Below, piece after piece: positions 6,000 to 14,597 of a stretch of 32,000 bases of DNA. This DNA comes from Nonlabens ponticola. Its GTDB lineage: Bacteria; Bacteroidota; Bacteroidia; Flavobacteriales; Flavobacteriaceae. The notes below the pieces were generated by a model. That model saw only the letters and a program-made list of their open reading frames with translations. It did not search any database and was not told the origin of the DNA. The stretch lies in NCBI RefSeq assembly GCF_003966335.1, contig NZ_CP034549.1, forward strand, positions 870,001 to 902,000, written 5' to 3'. Position 1 is the stretch's first letter. Each line of letters begins with the position of its first letter. The translations under genes were made by a program, and so were the position numbers.

Positions 6000-8237
6000 T
6001 TACAGTTCTAGGTAGAAAGTAAACTTAACCGAAATATTATCCTCAAAGTTAGGCAAGTGATAAGCGCCATAACGATAAGAGGTGCTTAGTCCAAATCCAA
6101 AAAGTAATTTATTGAGCTCAAAACCACTTTCTAGATAACCATGTTCCAGCGTGTCAAATTCTACATTGATATGCTGTTGTTGATCGTCCAGATTTCCAAT
6201 CGCAAATCTTGAAATCAACACTAACTCTGGTTGTAGATAAGAGGCAATTTTAAATGGAGCAAAGGAGTGCTTTCCTTGAAATATGGCAATCCTATCAGAG
6301 AAAAATTCATTGAAATACATGGTCTCAAAACTGCGACGACCAGCCACTGAAAATCGCTGTAAAATAGTTTCCTTATTAGGTGCATTAGGGTAGGCATGAA
6401 ATAAGTGTGTTAGTGGCACTTCACCGCTGGCATAGTGACCTTCTACCATAAACTGCGTGCGTGATTTGTCCTCGTTGAGCAACTCATAAGAAGCCTTGGC
6501 AGATACTTTCACATAATTAAAGTCAGAATCAATAACGTCCTTGAAACCTTTGGTAAGCTGCGCGCTCAATACAGGAAAACCATTGGTGCGCTCCTGATAG
6601 CCATTTGGCGATCGCATATACGTGCTGTAAGGGCTCCAGCGCGCGCCTATCTTCAATTCTGACAGTGCATACTCTGATAACTGGATGTCACCAGGCTGGA
6701 ATCGGTACGCGGTGGTTTGTGCAATACGCTTTCGCGAAAGCGAGACCTCACTAAGCACCGATGGTAGCAATCGTTGTTGTAAGGATGTCCCGTATTCTCT
6801 ATACAAGTAGAATGTTGGGATGTTGACTAGGCGCGGTTCAAATAGCGAGTACACTCGTGCATCAGTCAAGAAAGATTCTGCAGCAAACTCTTGAATGTCG
6901 TCGGTATGATAAACGTTGATCCAGGTATTTTTTTCACGACTCAATCGATAGCCAGCATTCACATTATATTTGATGGCCTTATCCTTAGTTCCATAAGCGA
7001 TGTAACCGCCTAGCCTGAATTTTTCTGAAAACTTCTCGTTCGTCGTACCACCTATACCTAACCTAAATGCCTCGTAATCATTGAATTTGACCAAGTACTT
7101 GAGGTCAATATCAAAGAAGCCAATAGGGTAGTAGCCTACCTTGAATTTATCAAGTGTTTCCAATTTTTTAGTGACATTGGTAGCTGCAACTACGCTGTCG
7201 ATTTGCTGATAGCTTTCAAATTGAGCATTATCTGCATCTACTTTGTCTCTGTAATCATCCCAGTAATTTACAGGTTTGTTGATGGCCTTATCGAGTACTT
7301 CAATCACTAGCCCTTTACGGCCGTAATCTGTATCAAGTGAGTTTTGGAAGTCATTATTTGCCGCCTTCAAGAAAACATACAAATCTTCATTGGTGTTTTT
7401 CTTTTTCTCCGTTTTTTCAGTTCCTACCTGTAAACGCGCGCCAAATAGCTCAAACTCCTTTTTGTCCTTTTCTTTTTTAATAAAAAGTTGCCTGCTGGTA
7501 TTGAACCATAGATTTAAGTCCTGATTGTATTTAAAATCATGTCGTGCGTCCACTTGAAGATCACCTGACTTAGAAAAATGAGCGCTAGCGATGGCTAGAC
7601 TTTGCTTGTCTAGATAAAAATGGCCTTGAATAGTTGATGGATTGCGATCGTTGATAGGGTCAAAACGCACCTTTTGAACCGCTCTACCATTGATAGTGGA
7701 ATCTTTGACAATACTATAGATATAGGTTTTGAGGCCTTTATTGCTTATTGGGTTGACAAACTTTCTATCAAAGATGATGTAGTGCTTATCATAAATACTG
7801 GTTGACTGGAAGTTTATGTTGTAGATAGGGTAGACAGGTTCTTCAAAACCTGGCATGTCAGCGCCTATGATTTGTTCTTTGAAACCGTATTTCTCATCAT
7901 ATATATAAGTCGATGTTTTTTCTGCAAAGAATACTCGAGTTTGTTTGAGTGTTTTTCTAAGCTCCGTTTTTTTGTAACCTGGACCTGTGATTGCTTCTGG
8001 ATCGCCTGTAATTTTCAAATTTTCATAGCTATCATAAGAAAATTGATTCAGAGCATGCAAAGGATCATTGTCGTTGACAGCGTTGAGAACCTGTTTCATC
8101 AAGATAATATCTTCAGGAAAATCAGTTTGTTGTGCGCTGACATTTAAAATTGTCAAAAGCGCTAACACTAGCAACGCTAACCGCAAGTAGTGCTTGCGTC
8201 CTGAAGGAATAATGGCGATACGTTGAGAGATGCTCAT
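6000..8237 (-). CDS. DUF5686-like outer-membrane beta-barrel protein without a CarboxypepD_reg-like N-terminal domain
   Basis: It has a signal peptide (LLVLALLTILNVSAQQ) and an aromatic-rich beta-strand C-terminus (KFTFYLEL). It shares blocks with the 863-aa ORF at 21892-24483, for example IYDKHYIIFDRKFVNPISNKGLKTYIYSI vs IYDRHIKFFDKSFVSPIGRAGIDSYNYVL. The family name is from memory of Bacteroidota annotations. Confidence 0.65.
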   Translation of the reverse strand: MSISQRIAIIPSGRKHYLRLALLVLALLTILNVSAQQTDFPEDIILMKQVLNAVNDNDPLHALNQFSYDSYENLKITGDPEAITGPGYKKTELRKTLKQTRVFFAEKTSTYIYDEKYGFKEQIIGADMPGFEEPVYPIYNINFQSTSIYDKHYIIFDRKFVNPISNKGLKTYIYSIVKDSTINGRAVQKVRFDPINDRNPSTIQGHFYLDKQSLAIASAHFSKSGDLQVDARHDFKYNQDLNLWFNTSRQLFIKKEKDKKEFELFGARLQVGTEKTEKKKNTNEDLYVFLKAANNDFQNSLDTDYGRKGLVIEVLDKAINKPVNYWDDYRDKVDADNAQFESYQQIDSVVAATNVTKKLETLDKFKVGYYPIGFFDIDLKYLVKFNDYEAFRLGIGGTTNEKFSEKFRLGGYIAYGTKDKAIKYNVNAGYRLSREKNTWINVYHTDDIQEFAAESFLTDARVYSLFEPRLVNIPTFYLYREYGTSLQQRLLPSVLSEVSLSRKRIAQTTAYRFQPGDIQLSEYALSELKIGARWSPYSTYMRSPNGYQERTNGFPVLSAQLTKGFKDVIDSDFNYVKVSAKASYELLNEDKSRTQFMVEGHYASGEVPLTHLFHAYPNAPNKETILQRFSVAGRRSFETMYFNEFFSDRIAIFQGKHSFAPFKIASYLQPELVLISRFAIGNLDDQQQHINVEFDTLEHGYLESGFELNKLLFGFGLSTSYRYGAYHLPNFEDNISVKFTFYLEL
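6725..6760 (+). repeat. palindromic element copy 3 (inside the DUF5686-like CDS, antisense to it)
   Basis: TACGCTTTCGCGAAAGCG lies at 6725-6742, with the 16-nt perfect palindrome at 6727-6742. The flank CCTCACTAAGCACC resembles the rpoN copy's flank ATCACTAAACAC. Confidence 0.75.
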
Positions 8238-8260
8238 GATTAATCTAAGTAGGTAATAGT

Positions 8261-8286
8261 AAAAACGCCAGCCGATAGGCTGGCGT
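8261..8286 (-). terminator. rho-independent terminator downstream of frr
   Basis: The stem ACGCCAGCC (8265-8273) pairs with GGCTGGCGT (8278-8286) around a GATA loop. The A-run at 8261-8265 gives a U-tract on the minus-strand RNA. Confidence 0.8.
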
Positions 8287-8305
8287 CGTGTAATCTGGAC
8301 ATGAC

Positions 8306-8860
8306 TTAAACGGTCATGATTTCCTTTTCTTTGACGGCAAACATTTCATCCACCTTAGCTATATATTTATCAGTGAGCTGCTGTACGTCATCTTCAGCAT
8401 TCTTGAGCATGTCCTCGCTTATATCTAACTTTTTCAAGTCATTCATGGCGACCTTGCGGTCGTTGCGTATTCCTATTTTTGTTTCTTCGCCTTCGGCTTT
8501 AGCCTGTTTGGCAAGTTGCTGTCTGCGTTCCTCAGTCAAAACAGGAACGTTGATGATGACGCTTTCACCATTATTCATTGGGTTCAAACCGAGGTTTGCG
8601 ACCATAATTCCCTTTTCAATTTCAGGAATAAGATTTTTTTCCCATGGTTGTACGCTTATGGTACGTGCGTCAGGTGTGTTGACGTTTGCTACTCTAGAAA
8701 GTGGTGTTTGACTACCATAGTAATCAACCATCACGCCACCTAGCATGGCTGGGTTCGCTTTACCAGCACGTATGTTAAGCAAGGCTTTTCCTAGGTGTTT
8801 TATAGCGTTGTCCATATTTTCTTTGGCGCTATCTATGACAAAATCTACTTCTTCATTCAT
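8306..8860 (-). CDS. frr: ribosome recycling factor
   Basis: 184 aa containing LNIRAGKANPAMLGGVMVDYYGSQTPL and PVLTEERRQQLAKQAK, which are canonical RRF motifs. It lies immediately downstream of pyrH. Confidence 0.95.
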   Translation of the reverse strand: MNEEVDFVIDSAKENMDNAIKHLGKALLNIRAGKANPAMLGGVMVDYYGSQTPLSRVANVNTPDARTISVQPWEKNLIPEIEKGIMVANLGLNPMNNGESVIINVPVLTEERRQQLAKQAKAEGEETKIGIRNDRKVAMNDLKKLDISEDMLKNAEDDVQQLTDKYIAKVDEMFAVKEKEIMTV

Positions 8861-8896
8861 GGTAATAAATTTATAATAAACTCGAGCGAGGCTCTT

Positions 8897-9604
8897 TTAC
8901 AATTGTACTTTGGTTCCTATGGATTCTCCTTGAATCAATTTGATCAAGTTACCCGGAGTATTCATATCAAACACGATGATTGGCAACTCATTTTCCTGAC
9001 TTAATGTAAATGCAGTGGTGTCCATTACCTTGAGACCCTTTGTCAACACATCGTCAAAACTGATAAAATCAAATTTTGTTGCGTTCTTATCTTTCTCAGG
9101 ATCTGCTGTGTAAATTCCATCCACGCGTGTTCCTTTTAGGATCACATCTGCCTCTATTTCAATTGCTCTTAGCACAGCGGCACTATCAGTTGTGAAATAA
9201 GGATTACCAGTACCACCACCAAAAATGACCACACGGCCTTTCTCCAGATGGCGCATGGCTTTACGTCTTATAAACGGCTCTGCGACCTCGTTTATTTGAA
9301 TGGCGCTTTGTAGTCTGGTAGGTATTCCGGCATCTTCACAAGCACTTTGTAGGGCAAGGCCGTTTATAACGGTGGCCAGCATACCCATGTGATCACCTTG
9401 AACGCGATCCATACCATTACTAGCGCCAGCAACACCTCTAAAGATATTACCACCACCTATGACAACAGCCACTTGAGTTCCTTGATCAACAACTTGCTTG
9501 ATTTCTGCCGCATAATCTGCGAGTCTTTTAGGGTCAATACCGTATTGACGGTCGCCCATAAGAGCCTCTCCAGAAAGTTTGAGCAGTATTCTATTGTATT
9601 TCAT
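8897..9604 (-). CDS. pyrH: UMP kinase
   Basis: 235 aa containing [21 protein letters not shown] and [17 protein letters not shown], typical of the amino-acid-kinase-fold UMP kinase. Confidence 0.95.
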   Translation of the reverse strand: MKYNRILLKLSGEALMGDRQYGIDPKRLADYAAEIKQVVDQGTQVAVVIGGGNIFRGVAGASNGMDRVQGDHMGMLATVINGLALQSACEDAGIPTRLQSAIQINEVAEPFIRRKAMRHLEKGRVVIFGGGTGNPYFTTDSAAVLRAIEIEADVILKGTRVDGIYTADPEKDKNATKFDFISFDDVLTKGLKVMDTTAFTLSQENELPIIVFDMNTPGNLIKLIQGESIGTKVQL

Positions 9605-9621
9605 AGGATCGATGTGTGCTG

Positions 9622-9629
9622 CAAATATA
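9622..9629 (-). promoter_or_regulatory. candidate -7 box (TATATTTG) for pyrH-frr
   Basis: The minus strand reads TTAAATTATATTTGCAGCAC, 17 nt upstream of the pyrH ATG. The block is nearly identical to the one upstream of asnS. Confidence 0.45.
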
Positions 9630-9658
9630 ATTTAATCGCCAGCAACTTATTTGTAGCG

Positions 9659-10567
9659 TTATTGAGCTTTTAACGTTATACGATAGAGCTGGCCATTTGT
9701 TTTGGCTTCATCTTCACCTAATTTCAAATTGATTGCTTCACTCGTCAAATAATAAATCTCATTATCATCAACAGTTTTATAATAAGTTATAGCCTCGATT
9801 TGGGCACCACTATCAAGTGGTAGTTCAATGCGCTCGATCATACTCAAATTATTATTTGCATCAACGTTAAGAACCGCAATGAAAGGCACCAGTGCAGAAT
9901 CATATCCACAAAGTACTATTCTATCAATACCGTTGTAAGTTGCGCCTGTTACCAGGCCATTCACATCAATGGGTTGATTAGTGGATAGTTGTTGTATACG
10001 TTCATCAGTCAATCTGTAAACTGAGCTTTCAAAATCTACCCAATTTTTTGAGAATAGAAACAGCTGGTCTTTTGCATAAACGATAGCCTCTGCATCGTGG
10101 CGGTGATCTTGATTCTTATAGGTGAAATCGGTTTGCGATGTGTAGGATATTCTGATCTTCTCTGGAAAAATGTTGGGATCTTCAATAGATTCAAGTGGTA
10201 TCTTGTAAATAGTGGGATCCTCACGATTGCCGTGGTTGTTGCCTATATCTGCAATGTAAAAGTGCGTATTGCTGCGAGCGATATCTTCCCAATCGACATT
10301 TTTCATATTCACAAACTGCGTTTGTGATTGAATTTGCCCATTGACATTCAAAAAGTAAATCACTGGCGCAGCGTCACTATCGTTATGAGTAACCAATTGA
10401 TTGCCTATCGTTTCAAGTCCAGAAGTCTCAGTGATTTCAAGACTCAATGTGGAGATGACCTCGACGGACTGTAATAATTTTTTCTCGCTAATTTCCTTGC
10501 TCGATACACAGCTTTGGATGATAACTGCTAAGATTGCAAGGATCTTTAATCTAAATAATAACTTCAT
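9659..10567 (-). CDS. hypothetical lipoprotein, paralog A (possibly beta-propeller fold; family not confidently recognised)
   Basis: It has a lipoprotein signal ending AVIIQSC. Conserved blocks shared with the upstream paralog are ETSGL, DWEDI, YIADIGNN, HDAEA, SKNW, GLVTGAT, CGY, QIEAITY and YYLTSE. Confidence 0.8.
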   Translation of the reverse strand: MKLLFRLKILAILAVIIQSCVSSKEISEKKLLQSVEVISTLSLEITETSGLETIGNQLVTHNDSDAAPVIYFLNVNGQIQSQTQFVNMKNVDWEDIARSNTHFYIADIGNNHGNREDPTIYKIPLESIEDPNIFPEKIRISYTSQTDFTYKNQDHRHDAEAIVYAKDQLFLFSKNWVDFESSVYRLTDERIQQLSTNQPIDVNGLVTGATYNGIDRIVLCGYDSALVPFIAVLNVDANNNLSMIERIELPLDSGAQIEAITYYKTVDDNEIYYLTSEAINLKLGEDEAKTNGQLYRITLKAQ

Positions 10568-10591
10568 TTCTTGTAAAGAGGATTTTGAGGA

Positions 10592-10609
10592 TTACGCTTT
10601 CGCGAAAGC
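10592..10609 (+). repeat. palindromic element copy 4 (between the two paralogous lipoprotein genes)
   Basis: TTACGCTTTCGCGAAAGC lies at 10592-10609. Its right flank is the most divergent of the family. Confidence 0.8.
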
Positions 10610-10618
10610 TACCTTATT

Positions 10619-11509
10619 CTATCGCCATCGCAACTTATACAATGCGGCTTCTAGTTCTATAGATTTTCTAAACACGGTCTTTTCAAATCGCTCGCTGGTC
10701 AAGTAAAAGGTGTCGATATCATTATCGTCTGTACCGGCATAGGTGATGCCCTCAATTTGCGAGCTGCCCTGCAACAGTTCTGACAGCATGACTTTTTCTT
10801 GTAGCTTGAAACCATCATCGGTTATAGATATACGCGCTACGAAAGGTGCGAGTGCAATATTATAGCCGCAAACGATGATTTTCTTAGGGTTTGAAGTATG
10901 GGTCGCGCCCGTGACTAGACCGCCCATATTGAGTGTTTCCAAGGGTTGCAATTGCTGCAGGACGTCGGGCGTTGATAAATCCAGCTGGTAAATCGTGCTA
11001 TTAAGTGTTTGCCAGTCCTTACTCAAGATATATGCTTTATCATCAATGACTGCAAGTGCCTCTGCATCGTGGCTGGTCTCGTTGTACGCGGTACGATCAA
11101 AAACCTGCTGATCTGCATATTCATAGGGGAATTTTGTCATATCCACTGCAGTCGTACCATCAAATTTATAGGCGTAAACGGCTAGATCGCGACGTCTGCC
11201 TAGATTGTTACCTATATCGCCTACGTATAACGTATCGTTGCTTATCTCAATATCTTCCCAATCTCTCAATCTAGGCAATTGCGGTAATGTAATGCTTTGG
11301 ACGGAAGATCCAGACTTGTCAATTTCAATAAGATTAAGTTGGTCACGGCTATCTGCATGCGTGAAGATCTTGCCATTGTAAAAAGCAATTCCAGACGATT
11401 CTAGAAGATCAGCGTCCAAATCACCGATTTTTTCAATCTCAAAAACTGGCTCTTTGACCTCGTCGCTGCATGAGATGACAAGCAGCGCCAATAATATAAT
11501 TCTATACAT
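10619..11509 (-). CDS. hypothetical lipoprotein, paralog B of 9659-10567
   Basis: It has a lipoprotein signal ending LLVISC and the same block order (ESSGI, DWEDI, YVGDIGNN, HDAEA, SKDW, GLVTGAT, CGY, QIEGITY, FYLTSE). By eye it is roughly one-third identical to paralog A. Confidence 0.8.
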   Translation of the reverse strand: MYRIILLALLVISCSDEVKEPVFEIEKIGDLDADLLESSGIAFYNGKIFTHADSRDQLNLIEIDKSGSSVQSITLPQLPRLRDWEDIEISNDTLYVGDIGNNLGRRRDLAVYAYKFDGTTAVDMTKFPYEYADQQVFDRTAYNETSHDAEALAVIDDKAYILSKDWQTLNSTIYQLDLSTPDVLQQLQPLETLNMGGLVTGATHTSNPKKIIVCGYNIALAPFVARISITDDGFKLQEKVMLSELLQGSSQIEGITYAGTDDNDIDTFYLTSERFEKTVFRKSIELEAALYKLRWR

Positions 11510-11588
11510 ACCGGTAAGTTATTATTAAAGGCGAAGATTAATGTTAATCATCTTAAAAAGCTATGGTCGATAAAAGTTTGAGCAATAA

Positions 11589-11614
11589 AAAAGCCGCTTG
11601 AAAAAGCGGCTTTT
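11589..11614 (-). terminator. rho-independent (bidirectional-looking) terminator downstream of tsf
   Basis: AAAAGCCGCTT (11589-11599), a GAAA loop, and AAGCGGCTTTT (11604-11614) form the hairpin. A and T runs are present on both sides. Confidence 0.8.
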
Positions 11615-11635
11615 GAATTATTGTGCTGTACAGTA

Positions 11636-12598
11636 TTAAGCGATAGAAACTCGCTTAAATCCTACTACTGCTGCATTTTTTGAATCTACGTATTGAGAAA
11701 CAGTTTTCTTGTCGTCCATGATAAAATCCTGGTCAAGAAGTGCCTGCTCTTTATCTAGAGATACATTATCAGAGATGAAACGCTCTAGCTTTCCTGGGAT
11801 AATCTTGTCCCAGATTGCTTCTGGCTTACCTTCTTCCTTAAGCTCTGCCTCAAATCGAGTCTTAGCTTCAGCAAGTGCTTCATCAGTTACTTGTGATCTA
11901 GAGATAAACAAAGGAATGTTCTTCATAGGCTTGCCCAGACGACCTCTTTCGATGTTATCTTTCTCGATAGCTGCGATGCGAGCTTCAGTTTCTGACTTTA
12001 CATATTCTGGGTCAAAGTCCTTGTAAGATAAAGTAGTGGCACCCATAGATGCCACTTGCATGCTTACAGATTTTGCTACTTCTTCCTTATTCTCACTTTC
12101 AGTAGTTAGACCAGTCAATGCTCCAATCTTGCCACCGTGAACATAAGCACCTATGTAAGGAGCCTCAAATACCTCAAAGCCACCTATTTCTAGTTTCTCA
12201 CCTATCACACCTGTTTGCTCGATCAGTTTCTCTTCAACGGTCATACCGTCAAGATCTGCTGCAAGAACTTCTTCCTTAGTATTGTGATGTAATGCAACGT
12301 CTGCAATCTTGTTTGCTAGCTCTACATAAGAGTCATTCTTTGCAACAAAGTCTGTCTCACAGTTAAGTGAAAGTAAGATCGCTCTTGTGTTATCATCGTT
12401 GATTTTTGCAACAACTACACCTTCAGAAGAGTCACGGTCAGCACGCTTTGCAGCGACTTTTTGACCTTTCTTTCTTAGGATCTCAATTGCTTTATCAAAA
12501 TCGCCATCTGCTTCAACGAGGGCTTTTTTACAGTCCATCATACCAGCACCAGTGGTTTTTCTTAATTTACCTACTTCAGCGGCGGTTATTTTTGCCAT
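11636..12598 (-). CDS. tsf: translation elongation factor Ts
   Basis: The N-terminal UBA-like motif ITAAEVGKLRKTTGAGMMDCKKALVEADGDFDKAIEILRKKG is present, and the gene is immediately downstream of rpsB. Confidence 0.95.
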   Translation of the reverse strand: MAKITAAEVGKLRKTTGAGMMDCKKALVEADGDFDKAIEILRKKGQKVAAKRADRDSSEGVVVAKINDDNTRAILLSLNCETDFVAKNDSYVELANKIADVALHHNTKEEVLAADLDGMTVEEKLIEQTGVIGEKLEIGGFEVFEAPYIGAYVHGGKIGALTGLTTESENKEEVAKSVSMQVASMGATTLSYKDFDPEYVKSETEARIAAIEKDNIERGRLGKPMKNIPLFISRSQVTDEALAEAKTRFEAELKEEGKPEAIWDKIIPGKLERFISDNVSLDKEQALLDQDFIMDDKKTVSQYVDSKNAAVVGFKRVSIA

Positions 12599-12636
12599 GT
12601 TATAGTATTTTAAATTCTAGATTTCTAGAGTGAATG

Positions 12637-13413
12637 TTATTCTTCTTCTTCAGAGCTTGCTGCAACCTTCTTCTTTGCTGCCTTCTTCTCTGGTTTAGAT
12701 TGATCGTCAGACGATTTCTCGTTCTTACGCTCTTCTAGACCAGCCTTGATAGCATCAGTAGCTGCTTTTACAACAATCTCTATAGATTTTGAAGCATCAT
12801 CGTTTGATGGGATCACAAAATCAATGTCACGTGGGTTTGCATTAGTATCAACCATTGCAAAAATTGGAATACCCAATTTCAAAGCTTCTTTTACAGCGAT
12901 GTGCTCACGTACTGTGTCAACGATAAACAATGCTGCAGGCATACGCGTCATGTCACTGATAGAACCTAGGTTCTTCTCAAGCTTTGCACGCATACGATCT
13001 ACTTGTAAACGTTCTTTCTTAGAAAGTGTCTCGTAGCGACCATCTTTTTTCATGCGGTCAACAAGTGCCATTTTTTTAACAGCTTTACGTATAGTGACAA
13101 AGTTTGTCAACATACCACCAGGCCATCTCTCTGTGATGTAAGGCATGTTAGCATCACCAGCTAGTTGAGCCACGATGTCTTTTGCCTGCTTCTTTGTAGC
13201 AACAAAAAGAACCTTGCGTCCAGATGCAGCAATCTTGTGTAGTGCATCCTTTGCCTCGTCTAACTTTGCAGTAGTCTTGTAAAGGTTGATAATATGGATC
13301 CCGTTGCGCTCCATATAGATGTAAGGAGCCATGTTAGGATCCCATTTGCGGGTAAGGTGACCAAAGTGGACACCGGCGTCAAGTAAATCCTTGACCTCAA
13401 TTGTATTTGCCAT
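12637..13413 (-). CDS. rpsB: 30S ribosomal protein S2
   Basis: LLDAGVHFGHLTRKWDPNMAPYIYMERNGIHIINL is the canonical S2 N-terminus. The protein has a Lys/Glu-rich C-terminal tail. Confidence 0.97.
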   Translation of the reverse strand: MANTIEVKDLLDAGVHFGHLTRKWDPNMAPYIYMERNGIHIINLYKTTAKLDEAKDALHKIAASGRKVLFVATKKQAKDIVAQLAGDANMPYITERWPGGMLTNFVTIRKAVKKMALVDRMKKDGRYETLSKKERLQVDRMRAKLEKNLGSISDMTRMPAALFIVDTVREHIAVKEALKLGIPIFAMVDTNANPRDIDFVIPSNDDASKSIEIVVKAATDAIKAGLEERKNEKSSDDQSKPEKKAAKKKVAASSEEEE

Positions 13414-13530
13414 TGTTAATAGTTTACGTTCTGTCAGATAGCAATAATCAAGTGGTCATCCCCACGATGGGAACTCGCCAAGACTATTTAGATGCTAAAC
13501 TAGCGCCCGACGGCAATCGAGCTGACAGCA
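13414..13530 (-). promoter_or_regulatory. structured 5' leader of rpsB-tsf (candidate ribosomal-protein autoregulatory leader)
   Basis: The leader is about 115 nt, between the rpsI terminator with a promoter-like TTAATTTG and the rpsB ATG. A closing helix CTGTCAG (13431-13437) / CTGACAG (13522-13528) brackets two small hairpins near 13458-13471 and 13503-13514. Confidence 0.35.
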
Positions 13531-13539
13531 AATTAAAAA

Positions 13540-13578
13540 ATAAATAAAGAACAAATCCCACCAGTAAACTGATGGGAC
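13540..13578 (-). terminator. rho-independent terminator downstream of rpsI
   Basis: The hairpin is TCCCACCAG (13556-13564) with CTGATGGGA (13569-13577). The single mismatch becomes a G-U wobble only on the minus-strand RNA, and that RNA then continues with a long U-rich tract (the plus-strand A-rich run 13531-13555). Confidence 0.7.
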
Positions 13579-13592
13579 ATTGTGTTGTTGTA

Positions 13593-13979
13593 TTAACGCT
13601 TTGAGAATTGGAATTTCTTTCTCGCTTTCTTTTGACCAAATTTCTTGCGCTCGACCATTCTTGGGTCACGAGTCATAAGACCTTCTGGTTTGAGAAGTGG
13701 TTTGTTTTCTTCATCAAGTTCCACCAACGCTCTAGAAATCGCTAGGCGTATAGCTTCTGCCTGGCCAGTAATACCACCACCAAATACATTGACAGTAACG
13801 TCAAATGCATTTACATTCTCAGTCAAAGAAAATGGTTGTCTTACTTTATATTGTAGGGTACCTGTAGTAAAGTACTCATCAAGTGGCTTGTTATTGATCG
13901 TAATATTTCCTTTACCTTCTGATAAATAGATACGAGCTACGGCAGTTTTTCTTCTACCTATTTTGTGTACTGTCTCCAT
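13593..13979 (-). CDS. rpsI: 30S ribosomal protein S9
   Basis: 128 aa containing GRRKTAVARIYL and ending GQKKARKKFQFSKR, the canonical S9 C-terminus. Confidence 0.97.
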   Translation of the reverse strand: METVHKIGRRKTAVARIYLSEGKGNITINNKPLDEYFTTGTLQYKVRQPFSLTENVNAFDVTVNVFGGGITGQAEAIRLAISRALVELDEENKPLLKPEGLMTRDPRMVERKKFGQKKARKKFQFSKR

Positions 13980-13982
13980 GGG

Positions 13983-14438
13983 TTACTTTACCTCGTTAAG
14001 ATTAATAGTTCTAGGTTGCTGTGCGCCTTGCTCATGCTCTGCACCAGCATATACTTTAAGGTTGCGATAGATAGCAGCACCTAACTTGTTCTTAGGTAAC
14101 ATACCTTTAACGGCATTCTCAACTACTCTCGCAGGATCCTTACCATAAAGTTCTCTTGCAGTAAGACTGCGCTGTCCACCTGGGTAGCCAGTGTGTCTTA
14201 TGTAAGACTTCTCGTCCCATTTGTTACCGCTCAAGCTTACCTTACTAGCGTTGATAATGATCACGTTATCACCACAGTCAACATGCGGTGTAAAGTTAGT
14301 CTTGTATTTACCTCTCAAAAACTTTGCAGCGATAGAGGACATACGTCCTAGCGGTTGATCAGCAGCATCAATCAGTACCCATTCTTTGTTTACTGTGGCG
14401 CTATTTGCCGATACGGTTTTGTAACTTAAAGTATTCAC
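13983..14438 (-). CDS. rplM: 50S ribosomal protein L13
   Basis: 151 aa containing WVLIDAADQPLGRMSSIAAKFLRGK and HTGYPGG. It uses a GTG start at 14438 and is followed 3 nt later by rpsI, the conserved rplM-rpsI operon arrangement. Confidence 0.97.
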   Translation of the reverse strand: MNTLSYKTVSANSATVNKEWVLIDAADQPLGRMSSIAAKFLRGKYKTNFTPHVDCGDNVIIINASKVSLSGNKWDEKSYIRHTGYPGGQRSLTARELYGKDPARVVENAVKGMLPKNKLGAAIYRNLKVYAGAEHEQGAQQPRTINLNEVK

Positions 14439-14489
14439 CTTGAAATAGTTTTAATTCTATGTACGACTTTACTAACTAAAATCGGGCTG

Positions 14490-14519
14490 CAAATGTAGTA
14501 TTTAAAATTTGATTGACAA
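14490..14519 (-). promoter_or_regulatory. Bacteroidota sigma-A type promoter for rplM-rpsI (TTG-N19-TACATTTG)
   Basis: The minus strand reads TTGTCAATCAAATTTTAAATACTACATTTG. This is an exact TAnnTTTG with a -33 TTG at 19-nt spacing, 51 nt upstream of the GTG start. Confidence 0.5.
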
Positions 14520-14597
14520 GCAGCGTTCTAACAATTTTATTGACTTTATTTCCAACCAGCGTGCAGGTAATAATCTGGCAATCGTTACTTTAGTAGT

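Noticed and set aside
13484-13669. The 61-aa minus-strand ORF spanning the rpsI 3' end and the rpsI-rpsB spacer.
   Set aside because: It overlaps rpsI out of frame and runs through the rpsI terminator and the rpsB promoter/leader region. Non-coding RNA structure explains the region better.
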